Source: a virus
Reading direction: 5' to 3' (one strand)
Length of the DNA: 64,000 bases
IMG/VR virus record: IMGVR_UViG_3300037054_000079
Span: 1 to 64,000 of that record
Below, piece by piece: positions 35,474-45,480 of this stretch. A program made the translations under genes and the position numbers. The notes under the pieces were generated by a model. The model saw nothing but the letters and a program-made list of their open reading frames with translations, was not told where the DNA came from and did no database searches. The first letter of the stretch is position 1, and each line of letters opens with the position of its first letter.

Positions 35474-36830
35474 CTCTTGAGTGGATCACAGCGGGAGCAT
35501 TCGACGCACGATCCCGGCTCCGCAACGTAGCGTTCGACGGCGTGCCCGTGACGACATGGTAGGTCGGTGAAGTATCAAGGCAGTCCAAGAGCGCGCGCCT
35601 CGTCGCGGGTGATGTGGTCAAGCATACTGCTGCCTAGCATTTCGTTTTATCTCCTGTCAAGGGTTCGATTTCATTTCGTTTTATTTTAATTTCGAAGTAT
35701 CACTTTCAAAAACTTGCGAGAGCGCGGCGCAAACTGCATATGACGTTTTCGCGATGGCATAGGAATTTGGTCCTCACCCCGTAGCTCATGGGGTCCCTCC
35801 TATTGCATTTCGAAACCAAGCAACTGACCCCAACCTTCACTGACGGCGGCATATCTTACTTGTGCCTGCGCTGCAATGCTTTCTCGTTGTCAACAGCAAT
35901 CGTTGTGCATCGTTAACGCACAGCGTCGAGCGGCTGCCACAACTACACTGTGTTGTCAAATCACATCTAACTACATGGTTAATAAGAACAATTCGAACTA
36001 TTCATAGTGAGTAATTAAGGTTGACAGGCAGCGAGCGCGCAGCGTGCCATTCATGATGACGAATTAGGGTTACCGGGTGGTGCGTTAATGATGAACGCAG
36101 AGTCGAGCGCGCCGGACGCGCCGGTTAACCTTGATAAGTATGGTGAACGCGCGCATTAAGCTTGACAACCATAGCAACGTAGACAACAATTAAGGTTAGT
36201 CAGGGGTGGCGCAGAATGGTTACTGCATGGTAGTGAGTATTAGTAAGGTTAACCGGCGCATGGTGGCGACGCTGCGTGCCATTAACCTTAACAATACATG
36301 ATGAATACTGGCGAAAGCGGTGCATTAAGCCTAATACAGCCTAGAAGTATGCTTAAAGTAACCAGTTTACCCTCGAAATTAGCCACAAATGAGGCAAAAA
36401 TGATGTATAAAACATCAGTTTTGATGTCTAAAGCATCAAAACTGACGTTTCGTGCGCAGGCTATTAACTATAACATAGTTAACGCGGCCCTGAAAAGCCC
36501 TGTCATTTTGCATATTTCAATACTCCGGTGCTCGCCGGGGCAGAGTTTATCGCAATGTTGCCAAAACTTCGGGCGGAGCCGCCCGATCTGACTTACTCGA
36601 CTTACTTACACGGCGGTTTTCCCCTTGCCCCTTTTTTATCTCTCTCTCCTTCTCTCCTTCTATCCTTCTCTCCCTCTCTCCTTCTATCATCTATTCTCAC
36701 TCACCGACCTACTATTTAAGCAGACAACTAGACAACATGACGCATCCTATTGCTACACAATAATAATCCTGCCTGTCTCACTCTCAAATCAGCCTTGCCA
36801 GTGTAAGACAGATCATGTCAATAAACTACA
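35474..36830. other. AT-rich noncoding divergence region (control region, origin or genome-end candidate)
   Basis: Strand switch; clustered TTAA/TTAACCTT motifs; polypyrimidine tract at ~36617-36705; TTGACA-type promoters pointing both ways. Confidence 0.6.
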
Positions 36831-36868
36831 TGCTTGACATCGGCGCGGACCGAGAGTATCGAACCGGG

Positions 36869-37186
36869 ATGACTGAAAAACGATGCACTTTCACTACCTT
36901 ATCATTCGAAAAACGGCTGTTGACGTACCTCCGCAAAGGCGTCGATATGCCTGACTATCGGTTCGCCGAGCGGTCCGGTCATGCAGTCGGCGCGCTGCGG
37001 GCTGTGATGATCCGAACCGGAGAAACCCCGCAAGAAATATGCGACCGACTCGAAATCCCGACCGAGCAGTGGAGTGTTTTGCAAAAAGCCATTGGTCCAC
37101 CACTGACAAAAGAACTTCTCTTGAGCAAGAAAAACCCCAAACATATCGTGCGAGCGTGCCCACATTGCGGCGGCCCGCTTGACTAA
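36869..37186 (+). CDS. Hypothetical protein with C-terminal CxxC
   Basis: Downstream of TTGACA-N17-TATCGA; ends CPHCGG. Confidence 0.5.
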   Translation: MTEKRCTFTTLSFEKRLLTYLRKGVDMPDYRFAERSGHAVGALRAVMIRTGETPQEICDRLEIPTEQWSVLQKAIGPPLTKELLLSKKNPKHIVRACPHCGGPLD

Positions 37187-37330
37187 CATCCCGAACTGCC
37201 CGCGATGCGGCGGCGAGTGCAGCCGCACAGTCCTTCATCGTTTACGTGAAGGCTTCGCAGTCGGCCCGTGGCGCTGCACCGAATGCCCTTGGGTCGAACA
37301 GCAACTCATGCACAACGACGAGGACAAGTC

Positions 37331-38286
37331 ATGACACCCGAACATGAAGCCGAACTACGATTGCGAGCGCGTGACAACACGGTGCTCGCGATGCTCGTCG
37401 ATCTGCGCGACAGCACAGCGTTTCATGAAAAGCCAATGGATGACGAGGACTTTTATCACGTCGCATTGCTGACGATGACTGATGTCGCGAACACATTCCA
37501 GAAGCTCGCGACCGAACAAGCAATGCGCGCGCCGCCCGAACCAATGATCTATAAAGGCAACGAGTCGTGATATATTATGAGGATCAATGTCCGCGCTGCC
37601 GCGTTCGGCGCACGCGACAGATTGACAAAACGTCAAGCACGTATTTTGTCACGTTTGCAGCGGCGTGTCCTGATAAGGATCGCTGTGAGCGCGAGATGAT
37701 GGACGGCTTTGTGTTCACGAGTGATCGGTGCTACGCATTGGCATTGTGGGCACAAGGACCCGCGCAAATCGAGCTATGTGGCGACTGCGACACATGAAAA
37801 ACCAATCACCAATGCCGTTAACCGTAGAACTAGGAAAGCTGCGCATCGTTGTCACTGCGCCGGATTTCAAGTTGACACTCGAACAGGAAACAGCCATAGA
37901 GCAATGGTGGCAACGTCAGATCGACCGACTTGTCGAGAACGAGTTTCGGCACGTTGTAAGATTGCCCGATGAAGAAGCTGAGCTTCGCAAGCGAGGTCTT
38001 GGCGCATTGTGGAAATACTGAGAGGCACACTATGGACGCAGATAAATTCGCAAGCTGCAATAGAGACGCGCCCGGCTATGCCGACAGCGTGCGCCGTCAT
38101 GCTGCGCTCGATCCTGAAACCATGTTGCCGCGCACGGCGATCTATCGAGCGAGCGGCAACTGTGTTTTTGTTCACGGCCAACATTTCTTGACAGTGCATC
38201 CGACAGATAGCGACGATGTGACTCCGGACGAACAGGCGAAGATATTAGCGGACCTGCTCAATCGTGAGTATAGGGCAGCGGCATGA
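37331..38286 (+). other. Run of four small hypothetical genes (37331-37570, 37567-37797, 37794-38021, 38032-38286)
   Basis: ATGA/GTGA overlaps and SD sites. Confidence 0.5.
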
Positions 38287-38555
38287 AGCAAGTAATCTGG
38301 AAATTCACTCTCAAGTTAGAAGGCGGCGTGCAGACAATGATGGCTCCGCGCGACGCGGAGATATTGTGCGCTCGCGAACAGCACGAACAAGTTTGCGTGT
38401 GGTTTAGGGGCGACCCAACTGCGTTGCAAACAGAACGACAGATCGCCATAGTTGGCACAGGACATCCAGCGCCAATGCGGGATGAAAGTCGATATCTCGG
38501 CACTGCGATGCTGGACGGCGGCGATCTGGTGCTGCACGTTTTCGAGCGCACATGA
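38283..38555 (+). CDS. Conserved small phage protein (IWK..GTGH..YLGT..LVLHVFE)
   Basis: Recognisable widespread phage motif. Confidence 0.65.
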   Translation: MKQVIWKFTLKLEGGVQTMMAPRDAEILCAREQHEQVCVWFRGDPTALQTERQIAIVGTGHPAPMRDESRYLGTAMLDGGDLVLHVFERT

Positions 38556-39229
38556 CGCGCAACAATCTCATAATCAGTTGCGTGAGTGAGCGGTCAATGC
38601 ACTACGCATGGCTCGACGGCGATCCACAGCGCAATTGGGATTTGTGCTTGTCACCATATCGTCCTATCAGACCAGCATACTCTCACGACAGTATCCAAAC
38701 CTACGGACTCAGAACCGAACCAAAGTTTGCTGCACTCCACGATCTGTTGACTCAAAATACTTGGTGGCACAGCTATCGCAACGTCATGCTTGTGGACGAA
38801 GACGTATTTGCGATGCCGCAAACGTGGTCACGCTTTTTCGACTGGATGGACAGAATACTAGCAGCAGAAATGGCAGCGCCAGCGTTGACGCCAAACTCGA
38901 TCTTTTCACATCCGGTCACGGTGCAGCAGTTTAACAGTCGCGTGCGCCGCGTCAGTTTCATCGAGGGCATGATGCCATGCTTTCGCGCCAGAACTCTAAA
39001 ACAAATGCTGCCGACATTTCTTGCCGATCCGACAGGCATGGGATGGGGCATTGACTACGTGTGGCCCAAGCTGCTCGACTATAAAGGCATCTATGTCGTC
39101 GATGATACGCCAGTCACGCATTGGCGTCCGGGCACCTACACGCGCAGCTATTGGCCGGAGGTTGAAGCCGTGTTGAAGAAGTACGACGCCGAAGACCGGC
39201 CCGAAGTGACCTATGAGGTTGTGCTGTGA
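38552..39229 (+). CDS. DUF707-like putative glycosyltransferase
   Basis: DED motif, PAL...S..SH..T, FIE.M.PCF, GWGID.VW, VD...V.H.RP. Confidence 0.65.
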   Translation: MTRNNLIISCVSERSMHYAWLDGDPQRNWDLCLSPYRPIRPAYSHDSIQTYGLRTEPKFAALHDLLTQNTWWHSYRNVMLVDEDVFAMPQTWSRFFDWMDRILAAEMAAPALTPNSIFSHPVTVQQFNSRVRRVSFIEGMMPCFRARTLKQMLPTFLADPTGMGWGIDYVWPKLLDYKGIYVVDDTPVTHWRPGTYTRSYWPEVEAVLKKYDAEDRPEVTYEVVL

Positions 39230-39453
39230 TCGACAGTCAGAGTGTAGCAATCCGCAGGGCAATGTCACTCGATGCCGAATGGCATCGCGCTGACGCACAG
39301 TTCCACGCGGCGTGCATCGTTGATGACCAGCCGGAGACGGGCCGCCAACGGCGCGCAGCTTGGCAAAAAGATTTTGATGCTCAGCCCGAACGACAAAAGC
39401 GGCGAGCCGCACAAAAGCGCGCGACACGCGCGGCTGCACGTACTGCGCCATGA
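39226..39453 (+). CDS. Hypothetical protein
   Basis: GTGA overlap. Confidence 0.4.
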   Translation: MIDSQSVAIRRAMSLDAEWHRADAQFHAACIVDDQPETGRQRRAAWQKDFDAQPERQKRRAAQKRATRAAARTAP

Positions 39454-40349
39454 TACAAATCCGCGATCATACATTCGTCAATCACAAGAGCGACGAGCAA
39501 ATCTGTTGGACGTGCGGGTTCGTAATACCGCGCGGTCTCGACGCCGCCGGGATTGTAGCGGCACGTCGCTCGATATCGGGAACGACCTGACAATTGTCGC
39601 GCGCATAATCGCGAGCGCCATCGGACTCGGCATCTTCATCTACGCGCTGCCGGTGAGGGTCAAGCTATGGACATGAAAGACAAGATCACTTACGCCATCG
39701 TCGCGGCAATCGCGCTCGTGTTCGTAGCCATGTGGATATTCCTATGACCAAACTTGAAGAAGCAAATCTCCGCTGCGAAGCGATGATGCGAGCGACAGGA
39801 ACCGGCGAGCTAATGGAGCGGCCACTACTTGCGCTTTTCGCGGTTCTTGCTGTAATCATAGCCTTAGCGTTTTGGCTATGACCGATCTTGGCAAAGTTTG
39901 CTACAACAGTTGGGTGCGTGAAGCAGGGTTCGGCAAGGATGCGCGCGTCATGGACTACTCTAAGCTCGCAACGTACATGCAAGCACGCTGGCGCACTATA
40001 GCCCGCGACATCATCAAAGCAAATGAAGCCAATCACGAACAGCGCACGTCTGCGGAGTACACTAGACGTGTCCACGCCGAGGTTGCTCACATACGCAAAA
40101 AGGAAACCACCGATGCCAAACCAACACGCACTCGCGCTAAGAAGCCGCGCCGCACTGTTTCGCGAGTGGCAAAAGTTTGAACTCGGCATGACGCCGCCAG
40201 CGAAGCTTGACTTTCACGTCACGGCGGAGATATGCGACGATGCTGCAAGCGAGATCGACCGACTCGATAACACTCAGGAAGCAAGCCAATGACAAAATTC
40301 ACTGACTTGTCTGTATGTTGAAAAGGGCTGTGAGACAGCCTATACGCGC

Positions 40350-40553
40350 ATGTATGATCGGTGCGAAAGTGGCATCACTCGATTTGAGTTGGGTGAGCAA
40401 TTGCGGAGCGAGGGCTATCCGCCGGACAACCTGCAAACATATTCGCCGCGTCTCACAGACTTGGTGAAAGCAGGCCGAGCCATTATCCGGGGCAAGCGAC
40501 GCGGCGATGGCCGGTGTAAACAGAACGTCTACATCGCCGACGATTGGGCCTGA
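40350..40553 (+). CDS. Small winged-HTH-like protein
   Basis: GITRFEL..QTYSPRLTDLVKAG. Confidence 0.5.
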   Translation: MYDRCESGITRFELGEQLRSEGYPPDNLQTYSPRLTDLVKAGRAIIRGKRRGDGRCKQNVYIADDWA

Positions 40554-40684
40554 CACAAGATATGGTGCAATAAGGCCAGCCGCGCCTATCGTGTCTGCGC
40601 CGCCCGAGTCAAGCACGATGTTTCCTTGACGTTTCGTGCTGGCGGTGCTACTGACACACTCGCTCAGCAACATTGTAGGTCCCC

Positions 40685-42937
40685 ATGGCCCCATCACTAG
40701 ACGCGGCTCTCGATTACCTCACATGGAACCCAACTCACAAGCTTTTCCCGGTTGCTGCTGGCCTCAAGCTGCCGCCGTGCTTCGAGGGCTATCAAGCGAA
40801 AGCTTCAAGCGACCCCGAGCAAATCACGAAATGGCATACGCGGTATCCCGGCTGCTCGTGGGGCGTTGAGCCGACGAACAGCGGCATAGTTGTGCTCGAT
40901 GCCGACTTGAAAGAGGGCAAGCACGGTCAAGCAACTCTCGACATGCTTGAGTTAGAGTATGGGCCGCGTCCAGCAACATCCACCGTGATAACGCCCTCCG
41001 GCGGCAAACATTTCCGCTTTAAGGCGACGGCGAAAGTCAAGCACCATTTCCGCATCAACGGCTTTGGCGAGCATCTCGATAGCCCACACTATACCATCAT
41101 TCCGGGCTGCATCATGCGCGACGGGCGCACGTATGAATACGAGAACGATATCGAACTCGCCGACGCCCCGGATTGGTTTTTGAAACTGCCCGCGTGGTCC
41201 GCGCCCGCGCCAGCCGACCGCATGAACTCCAACGCGGAAGAACAGGTAGAGTTGGATCAGCCCGCGAATGTGAAGTGGGCTATAAACTTTTTGAAGAACG
41301 ACGCGCCGGACTCTATCGAAGGTCAGAACGGCAACAACACGACATTCAAAGTGGCATGTGAGTTGCGCAGTCACGGCGTCTCCGAGACCAACGCAAAGTC
41401 GCTGATGGATACCTATTACAATATCTGGCCCAAGTGCGATCCGATTTGGGAAGTTGACGGTGACCTCGGACTCTACAAGATAGTCACGAACGCCTATGCC
41501 TACGCCAGTCTTGAAGCCCCCGGCGGCGCAACGGCGGAGTCTGATTTCGACGATGACCCACTTCCCCCATTGACTCCCAAAGAGAAAAAGAAAAGCGATA
41601 AGGCTGCCAAGGATAACAAAGCAAAAGCTGCTGCTGTGAGCACTCTGCCCCGGATGCTAGACCCAAGAACTTATGCCCCGGCAAAGGAAAAACTGCACGA
41701 TCAGTGGGTTTGGTGCTCCACTCAAAAACAGTTCGTTCGGCGCTATGACGGACTGCTGTGGGATAAAGAACAGTTCGACTCGAATTTCAGTTATTTGTAC
41801 GGGGGAAAATCACCATACAAAGAGCTAGGGAAAACAGCGGGGAGCATCAGGCGTTTGGAGGGATTGAAGTTTGTGCCCGGACAGGCGGAGATAATGGATG
41901 GCGATATCTATAACATCTGGCGGGAGTCCGAAATCACACCCAAGCAAGGCGACGCTACAATCTGGAATGAGCACATTGCATATCTGTTTCCCGACGACGA
42001 ACAGCGAAACCACCTTCTCAACTGGCTCGCGTGGGTCTACCGCAATCAAAAGCTGAAACCAAACCATGCGCTGCTTCTCGTGGGTGAAACACATGGCACC
42101 GGAAAGTCATGGGTCGCGCGCGTCATGTCGCACTTGATGGGACTTAAAAATACCAAGCGCCCCAAAAACAGTTCGCTCAAGGGTGACTTCAACGGGTGGG
42201 CGCTGCAATGCAAGTTTGCTATCATCGAAGAACTCATGCAGATCGGCAAGCGGGAAGTCGCGAACGAACTGCGTGACGTTATCACTGAGCCGACCATTGA
42301 AGTGAACATCAAGAACGTCAAGGCTTTTGAGATCGACAACTATCTAGCGATGATGGCGATCTCAAACCATCCCGACGCACTGCCACTGGAAGAAAGCGAC
42401 CGGCGGTGGCTCGTTCTCATGACGCACGCGCAAACGCGAGCGGATCACGACAGCTACTATTCCCGGCTGTTCAAGGTGCTCCACAATCCGGACGCACTCG
42501 CCGCCATTGCTGCCGAGCTTCGCGACCGAGATATTGGAAAGTACGACGCCCGCGAAAACGCGCCGATGACGCTCGCAAAGGGCGACATGATAACGTCCGG
42601 CCTCTCTGATCTTGAACACTGGATGATGGATCACAGCGGCGAATACCCGCTTAGTGGTCGCATCATTGCTGTGGACGATGTGCTGACGGCTGTGCCCAAC
42701 CATCTCTCGCGCTCGCGCCGATCCGCTGTTGGGTCAGTGCTGAAACACCGCTTTCGCGGAGTGCCACTAGGTCAACACCGACTAGCCGGTGGTGATCGAG
42801 CGATGCTGTGGGCAATCAACGGGACCGCCGCGACCAAGATCGAGGGTGTCAAATATGCGGCGCTCTATGAGCAAGATCGTAAAGATGCGGGAAGTGGCAA
42901 GAGCGTTAACACGGCAGCCGAAGACTTTTCCAGCTAG
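40685..42937 (+). CDS. Bifunctional primase-polymerase fused to an SF3/DUF5906 helicase
   Basis: N-terminal Prim-Pol (VLDAD, TPSGGKH), PriCT-like GNNTTFKVA, Walker A GETHGTGKS, IIEEL, DRRW. Confidence 0.88.
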   Translation: MAPSLDAALDYLTWNPTHKLFPVAAGLKLPPCFEGYQAKASSDPEQITKWHTRYPGCSWGVEPTNSGIVVLDADLKEGKHGQATLDMLELEYGPRPATSTVITPSGGKHFRFKATAKVKHHFRINGFGEHLDSPHYTIIPGCIMRDGRTYEYENDIELADAPDWFLKLPAWSAPAPADRMNSNAEEQVELDQPANVKWAINFLKNDAPDSIEGQNGNNTTFKVACELRSHGVSETNAKSLMDTYYNIWPKCDPIWEVDGDLGLYKIVTNAYAYASLEAPGGATAESDFDDDPLPPLTPKEKKKSDKAAKDNKAKAAAVSTLPRMLDPRTYAPAKEKLHDQWVWCSTQKQFVRRYDGLLWDKEQFDSNFSYLYGGKSPYKELGKTAGSIRRLEGLKFVPGQAEIMDGDIYNIWRESEITPKQGDATIWNEHIAYLFPDDEQRNHLLNWLAWVYRNQKLKPNHALLLVGETHGTGKSWVARVMSHLMGLKNTKRPKNSSLKGDFNGWALQCKFAIIEELMQIGKREVANELRDVITEPTIEVNIKNVKAFEIDNYLAMMAISNHPDALPLEESDRRWLVLMTHAQTRADHDSYYSRLFKVLHNPDALAAIAAELRDRDIGKYDARENAPMTLAKGDMITSGLSDLEHWMMDHSGEYPLSGRIIAVDDVLTAVPNHLSRSRRSAVGSVLKHRFRGVPLGQHRLAGGDRAMLWAINGTAATKIEGVKYAALYEQDRKDAGSGKSVNTAAEDFSS

Positions 42938-42946
42938 GCTTGACAC

Positions 42947-43159
42947 ATGAAACTCTATGTTGCATTCATCACTCAAGGCGGCGACCGCGCTCGACACATA
43001 ACCGGGCGCACAGTCCTCAACGATACGGCAATGCCGGTTTTTGAGGCTGACATAAAGCTGATCGAGGACGAGATCGAGCGCCGCACCGGCTCCGATGTTG
43101 CCTTCATCACTTTCATGCACCCATTAGAGGAAGATATCGACGACCCGGTATTAGCTTAA
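42947..43159 (+). CDS. Hypothetical protein
   Basis: Co-oriented small ORF. Confidence 0.5.
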   Translation: MKLYVAFITQGGDRARHITGRTVLNDTAMPVFEADIKLIEDEIERRTGSDVAFITFMHPLEEDIDDPVLA

Positions 43160-43179
43160 CCCACGAAAGGAAGTCTCCA

Positions 43180-43437
43180 ATGGCTAGGAATGACAAACGC
43201 ATTGACTCTTACCTCGCAATCGACAGCGAGCGCGACTTTCAAGACGAGAAGTTTGCAGGCCAGCTCAATCTCTCAATCAGTGAGAACCTTCACGTTATGG
43301 AGAAGTTACTCTCAGACGCGAAGACCAAATGGTATTATGGTGACTCGGAAGACGCGCTCAATCATGTGCGCAAGGTCGCCGCAGTTGCCACTCGGACTAT
43401 GGAAGTCCACGGTTCACCGCTTCGCAAACCGGCTTGA
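43180..43437 (+). CDS. MazG-like all-alpha small protein
   Basis: IDSERDFQD.K..AL..VRKVAAVA...ME.HG. Confidence 0.45.
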   Translation: MARNDKRIDSYLAIDSERDFQDEKFAGQLNLSISENLHVMEKLLSDAKTKWYYGDSEDALNHVRKVAAVATRTMEVHGSPLRKPA

Positions 43438-43462
43438 CAGGCGCATGCGGTGCGCGTAAAAG
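43434..43462 (+). promoter_or_regulatory. Sigma70-type promoter
   Basis: TTGACA-N17-TAAAAG, with the -10 inside the inverted repeat ggtgcgc/gcgcacc. Confidence 0.45.
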
Positions 43463-43502
43463 CGCACCACCTAACCAAAACCCAAACCAAGGAAGTCCCC
43501 AC

Positions 43503-44045
43503 ATGAGCGATGATCCCAAAGTCAAAGCACTCGAATTGGCAATCCACGGCGGCGGCGATCATGCCCAAGTCGTCGCCCGCGCGGCTGCCTATCACTCCTA
43601 CCTAACCGGCGGTAAGCTCGCGCCAGTGGCTACTACAGCAGGCAAATCCGGCACTGCACCAGCCGCGACCGGCAAGCCTGCGCCTGCTGCGACGACTGGC
43701 AAGCCCGCACAGCAGACAGCCAAGCCCGGCGCTGCGACCGGCAAGCCCGCACAGGCGGCCAAGCCCGCTGCTAAACCTGCTGCGGCAGCGGCTCAGGCTG
43801 GAAAATACTCGATTGACCAAGTTCGCGAGATCATCAAGAAGGTCGTCGCGACCGATGGCCTTGGCAAAGAGATGGCCGTCGAACTGCTCGACACCGAGGG
43901 CGGCGTCAAGAAAATCAGCGATCTCAAGCCCGCCGATTACGACAAGGTGTATGAGGCGTGCGATGGTGCGCTTCACGGTGGCGAAGCCGGTGCGACCGGC
44001 GACGCAGGCGCGGTCGAGTTCGACGAAGACGATCCGACCGCGTAA
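43503..44045 (+). CDS. Replication-module protein typically preceding DUF2800 (low-complexity linker plus helical C-domain)
   Basis: YSIDQVRE..GKE.A.ELL...GVKKISDLKP.DY..V; acidic tail EDDPTA. Confidence 0.65.
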   Translation: MSDDPKVKALELAIHGGGDHAQVVARAAAYHSYLTGGKLAPVATTAGKSGTAPAATGKPAPAATTGKPAQQTAKPGAATGKPAQAAKPAAKPAAAAAQAGKYSIDQVREIIKKVVATDGLGKEMAVELLDTEGGVKKISDLKPADYDKVYEACDGALHGGEAGATGDAGAVEFDEDDPTA

Positions 44046-44205
44046 GCGGTCGGCCTATGCACGGTTAGGGGTCGTGTGAAACCTGAGCCGAGTCTATCCC
44101 CGCATCGCCGCAAGGCGAGAACTCGGCTTGGGACCGTCTTACTTATGGGGCGGGTCGTAATCCTCCGTGATGCGACATGCAAACCGCTCCATAAGTAAGA
44201 CGGCT
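44034..44205 (+). ncRNA. Candidate structured RNA or mRNA-processing element
   Basis: GTAA and GCAA tetraloop hairpins plus a 20-bp stem ccgtcttacttatggggcgg/ccgctccataagtaagacgg. Confidence 0.5.
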
Positions 44206-44220
44206 CACATGGAGGTTACG

Positions 44221-44550
44221 ATGAAAGTTTCACGACAGGTCACGATCACCGGCTCGACGTTCTACTTGAACGCGACGGCGTACATCAAGCGGCTTCGCCC
44301 CGGCGATCCGCTGATCCTCAAGCGCGAACCCGAACTCAAGTATGACCCGAACGCGGTCGCGATATACATGCCATCAGGATTTGGCGATAAGCAACTCGGC
44401 TATGTCCCGCGCGGACTCGCCGCCGAGCTTGCGCCGATTATGGACGCAGGAACGGAAGTGGCCGCTGTGCGCGCGCGCACCGCGCTCGAAGGCGTGTTGC
44501 AATTAACTTGGGATGATGGCACGCCCGAACCAGAACCGGAGGCTGCATAA
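44221..44550 (+). CDS. HIRAN domain protein
   Basis: L.PGD.L.LKREP...YDPNAVAIY..LGYVPR..A..LA; GGAGG SD. Confidence 0.8.
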   Translation: MKVSRQVTITGSTFYLNATAYIKRLRPGDPLILKREPELKYDPNAVAIYMPSGFGDKQLGYVPRGLAAELAPIMDAGTEVAAVRARTALEGVLQLTWDDGTPEPEPEAA

Positions 44551-44551
44551 C

Positions 44552-44848
44552 ATGGCAACGAACAACAGTTCTTCTAGCGGCGGCATCGGCTTCCTTGGCC
44601 TGCTCACCATCCTATTCATCGGACTCAAGCTCACGCACTATATTGATTGGTCGTGGTGGTGGGTCCTCGCGCCGATTTGGGGCGTGTTCGCGGTCGTGCT
44701 CGCCGTTCTCGGAGTTGGCGCGTTTGTCTATGTTCTTGGCTTGGGCGCTCCTATTACGCTCGACGCTTTTGCGAAAAGAAAGAGACGAGCGCGGCGAGAT
44801 GAACTGGATCGCTTGATAAAGGCGTCGTCAAAAGCTGACAAGCCATAA
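44552..44848 (+). CDS. Conserved phage membrane protein
   Basis: SSGGIGF.GLLTI.FI.LKL...IDWSWWWVLAPIW. Confidence 0.75.
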   Translation: MATNNSSSSGGIGFLGLLTILFIGLKLTHYIDWSWWWVLAPIWGVFAVVLAVLGVGAFVYVLGLGAPITLDAFAKRKRRARRDELDRLIKASSKADKP

Positions 44849-44958
44849 TGCCGGAAGACGAGCGCCCATGGTGGCCGGTCCCGTCCGAGGTAGTTGAGCC
44901 TAGTGGAGTCGATCACGAAGACGAAGCCGACAATGCGTACATGGAGAGTGAGTGAGTC

Positions 44959-45480
44959 GTGACCACAGTTGCATACAAAGCTGGCATTATGGCGTGCGAT
45001 AGTTGCTACGCCGAAGATGAAATGCTTATCACCCGCCGCAGCAAGATCACGCGCCTTGCGTCCGGCGCACTGCTTGGCAAAGCAGGCGACTCGGATGACC
45101 GGCACGTCGAGGCGCTATTTGCCCACGTCAAAACCCCGCGCGGGATGCCGACTCGAAAACAGATTTTAGAGTTGCAGATTGACTATTATGGATTGTTCGT
45201 GCTGCCGAAGGGCCGCATCTTTCTCATAACGATCACTCCGCCCAATAAAGACAAGGGACATGATCATTGGTCCGGCGGCATCGACGAGATCGGCGAGAGC
45301 TTCTATGCTATCGGCACAGGCGCGGCGCACGCGCTCACTGCAATGGAGTGCAATCGGTCAGCCAAGGAAGCGGTCAAGTTCGCATGCCAGCGTGACTTGA
45401 ACTCACGCCCGCCGATCCATGTCGTGCCGCTCAAGAAGCCGCCACGCGCGGCGAAAGTCAAGCCGAAGCGGAGAGCATAA
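44959..45480 (+). CDS. Ntn-hydrolase (HslV/proteasome-beta-like) phage protein
   Basis: MTTVAY..G.MA.DS, AIGTG...A..AM, A.EAV..A...D. Confidence 0.65.
   Translation: MTTVAYKAGIMACDSCYAEDEMLITRRSKITRLASGALLGKAGDSDDRHVEALFAHVKTPRGMPTRKQILELQIDYYGLFVLPKGRIFLITITPPNKDKGHDHWSGGIDEIGESFYAIGTGAAHALTAMECNRSAKEAVKFACQRDLNSRPPIHVVPLKKPPRAAKVKPKRRA

Noticed and set aside
36298-36837. ORFs within the AT-rich control region
   Set aside because: No SD, atypical composition, derived from TTAA and CT repeats
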